Shown one piece after another: positions 61,691 through 64,000 of a stretch of DNA of 64,000 nucleotides. Under the pieces are notes generated by a model. The model was not told the DNA's origin. It did no database searches and saw nothing but the letters and a program-made list of their open reading frames with translations. How positions within the stretch are numbered: position 1 is the first letter of the stretch; every line of letters begins with the position of its first letter. The stretch is taken from the NCBI GenBank assembly GCA_051530055.1, contig CM121343.1, positions 2,698,389 to 2,762,388 of the forward strand. The letters are read 5' to 3'. This DNA comes from Neoechinorhynchus agilis. Taxonomy: Eukaryota > Animalia > Acanthocephala. The translations under genes and the position numbers were made by a program.

Positions 61691-62557
61691 TTAAATTAAT
61701 TGTTTGACTTTTGGATCCTTTGAGACTTCGTACAAGTGTTCAATGCACTGATCTAAGACTTGATCTTTTAATTTAGTCGTAATGGATTTCATAACCTCGA
61801 CATTTAACCATTCATTTCTATATTCTCGTTCCAATTGCAATTGAGCTTCTTCAACTGCCGCTTGATATTCTAATTGTTTCGCGAATGTATTGTAGATAAT
61901 CAAATTTCGTTCTCTAAGTTCCGATTCAAGCTGCAACGCCACAGTTTCTCGTTTCGCATCCGCCATTAACTCATAGACAACAGGAGCACGTTCAATCTTA
62001 TTAATTAAATCCATTCGATGCTCAATCCATCGACGTTTGTTCTCAATCGATTCCAAAAGCTTACGATAACGCTCAGCTCGATTTTTATCAACGTAGGCAC
62101 TAACGAGTGACTTTTAAAAATACCGAGCTCATACCAAAAAAAAGCCACTAAACGTAATCCGTGGACCAAAGAACTTATGAATACTAGCTAACAAAATAAT
62201 GATGGCTAAACTTTGATTTGTATTGAACCATATAATGTAGAATTCTTTTGATAACATTAAATTGATCAATCCAAGCGAAAAAACGTAAGGTCCAGTAACT
62301 CCAGTTTTTTCATAGAAAAATGTAAACCATTCGTCCGGAATAAATCCGAGACGAACTCGAGCCGGTTCCGTATTCGCTTTTGGATTAGGGAAGCCAATCA
62401 GGTCACGTTCAGGACCGTCGTGCTCATAGAAATGATTTACGGTCGCTTTAGCACTACTCACTGACGAAATGGTTCTTGTAAATCCTTTAAACCACAATCC
62501 ACTCAATAACTGAGAACACTTTTGAACAGACCGAAAATGAAAAGAGCCGTTGAACAT
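61691..62557 (-). CDS. ATP5PB: Mitochondrial ATP synthase peripheral stalk subunit b
   Basis: GPERDLIGFP..RVRLGFIPDEWFTFFYEKTGVTGPYVF..LSKEFYII. A 54-nt GT-AG intron at 62100-62153 gives FGPRIT|AYVDKN. C-terminal W....V..I....DQCIEHL. The start codon and a possible extra 5' exon are uncertain. Confidence 0.92.
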
Positions 62558-62839
62558 CACAAAAGATGTCGACGGTTCAAGAATTTTTTCAGCTCAATCA
62601 ATTCACGTTCTTTCCGCTCTCAATTTTACACCGAAATCCGCACAGATTTGATGACGTCAAAACCTATCTTCATTCGAAAACCAAGCGGATTTAGCGATTT
62701 GTCTCGCTGAAAACATTCAACTGATACTCTGCTGAAGTGCGTTTCCAAATTGAAGATCTTTTCATTTTAAACCAATAATTCAAAGGCGGCTTAAAGAAGC
62801 TTAAAAATTTCAACGCGATCAAATCATCCCAAGGGCATC

Positions 62840-64000
62840 CAAACCGACATGAGTCCAACTCACCTTCTCATTTTCGTATTTCAATCAAAAACGCGAGAAA
62901 TGCTCCATTCAGCCAAAACGTTGCCTTCGAATACTTAAATATCGAATGGCTAATTTTTAAACAATTCGATGCTGATCAGTTTACGTCGCTATCAATGCTT
63001 TAAAGTGCACTTTTCGGTAACTCTCAGCCTCAGATCAAACTTAAATTATAAATTAGAATCCTGAGTAAACCGAAATCAAAAACGCGAGAAATGCTCCATT
63101 CAGCCTAAACGTTGCCTTCGAATACTTAAATATCGAATGGCTAATTTTTAAACAATTCGATGCTGATCAGTTTACGTCGCTATCAATGCTTTAAAGTGCA
63201 CTTTTCGGTAACTCTCAGCCTCAGATCAAACTTAAATTATAAATTAGAATCCTGAGTAAACCGAAATCAAAAACGCGAGAAATGCTCCATTCAGCCTAAA
63301 CGTTGCCTTCGAATACTTAAATATCGAATGGCTAATTTTTAAACAATTCGATGCTGATCAGTTTACGTCGCTATCAATGCTTTAAAGTGCACTTTTCGGT
63401 TACTCTCAGCCTCAGATCAAACTTAAATTATAAATTAGAATCCTGAGTAAACCGAAATCAAAAACGCGAGAAATGCTCCATTCAGCCAAAACGTTGCCTT
63501 CGAATACTTAAATATCGAATGGCTAATTTTTAAACAATTCGATGCTGATCAGTTTACGTCGCTATCAATGCTTTAAAGTGCACTTTTGGTTACTCTCAGC
63601 CTCAGATCAAACTTAAATTATAAATTAGAATCCTGAGTAAACCGAAATCAAAAACGCGAGAAATGCTCCATTCAGCCAAAACGTTGCCTTCGAATACTTA
63701 AATATCGAATGGCTAATTTTTAAACAATTCGATGCTGATCAGTTTACGTCGCTATCAATGCTTTAAAGTGCACTTTTCGGTTACTCTCAGCCTCAGATCA
63801 AACTTAAATTATAAATTAGAATCCTGAGTAAACCGACATGAGTCCAACTCACTTTCTCATTTTCGTATTTCAATCAAAAACGCGAGAAATGCTCCATTCA
63901 GCCAAAACGTTGCCTTCGAATACTTAAATATCGAATGGCTAATTTTTAAACAATTCGATGCTGATCAGTTTACGTCGCTATCAATGCTTTAAAGTGCACT
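62840..64000. repeat. 191-bp satellite (family B), running off the window end
   Basis: aaatcaaaaacgcgag recurs at a 191-bp step (~63073, 63264, 63455). A longer variant containing gacatgagtccaactc appears at ~62845 and ~63835. No similarity to family A was seen. Confidence 0.95.

Noticed and set aside
62111-62134. A 24-nt intron in ATP5PB
   Set aside because: The 54-nt alternative (62100-62153) gives the better family alignment (FGPRIT|AYVDK) and matches the other intron sizes.
523-64000. CRISPR array interpretation of any tandem array
   Set aside because: The units repeat in full with no unique spacers, there are no cas genes, and the context is eukaryotic.
1-64000. rRNA or tRNA genes, and an alternative genetic code
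   Set aside because: No rRNA or tRNA signatures were noticed. The single in-frame TGA in KAT2 is not matched in other genes, and DMXL ends normally on TGA.

Overview
Eukaryotic (animal) genomic DNA, not prokaryotic. Evidence: short canonical GT-AG introns (46-116 nt where both ends were checked), an SK channel, a PCAF-N domain and a protostome-like ATP synthase b N-terminus. The proteins are very divergent, and the species cannot be named from sequence alone. Recognisable genes: ninjurin (+), an intronless TFIIE-alpha with a long N-terminal extension (+), an interrupted GCN5/PCAF (+), DMXL/Rabconnectin-3alpha (+), an SK/KCNN channel (-) and mitochondrial ATP synthase subunit b (-). Mobile elements: a degenerate APE-RT LINE, two CRE-clade retrotransposon copies (one inserted in a 191-bp satellite), a Tc1-like relic and two MITE/foldback elements. 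About ten distinct tandem arrays lie between or inside the genes. The standout is the ~10.2-kb 33/66-bp array at 21.0-31.2 kb. The ORF track reads it on the plus strand, but the substitution pattern points to coding on the MINUS strand: roughly 300 copies of an 11-aa R-T-S-P repeat, followed by a short unique C-terminal tail, a stop codon and an AATAAA signal. Many 1-nt indels sit in homopolymers inside repeats and look like long-read consensus errors, so frameshift-based conclusions are provisional.
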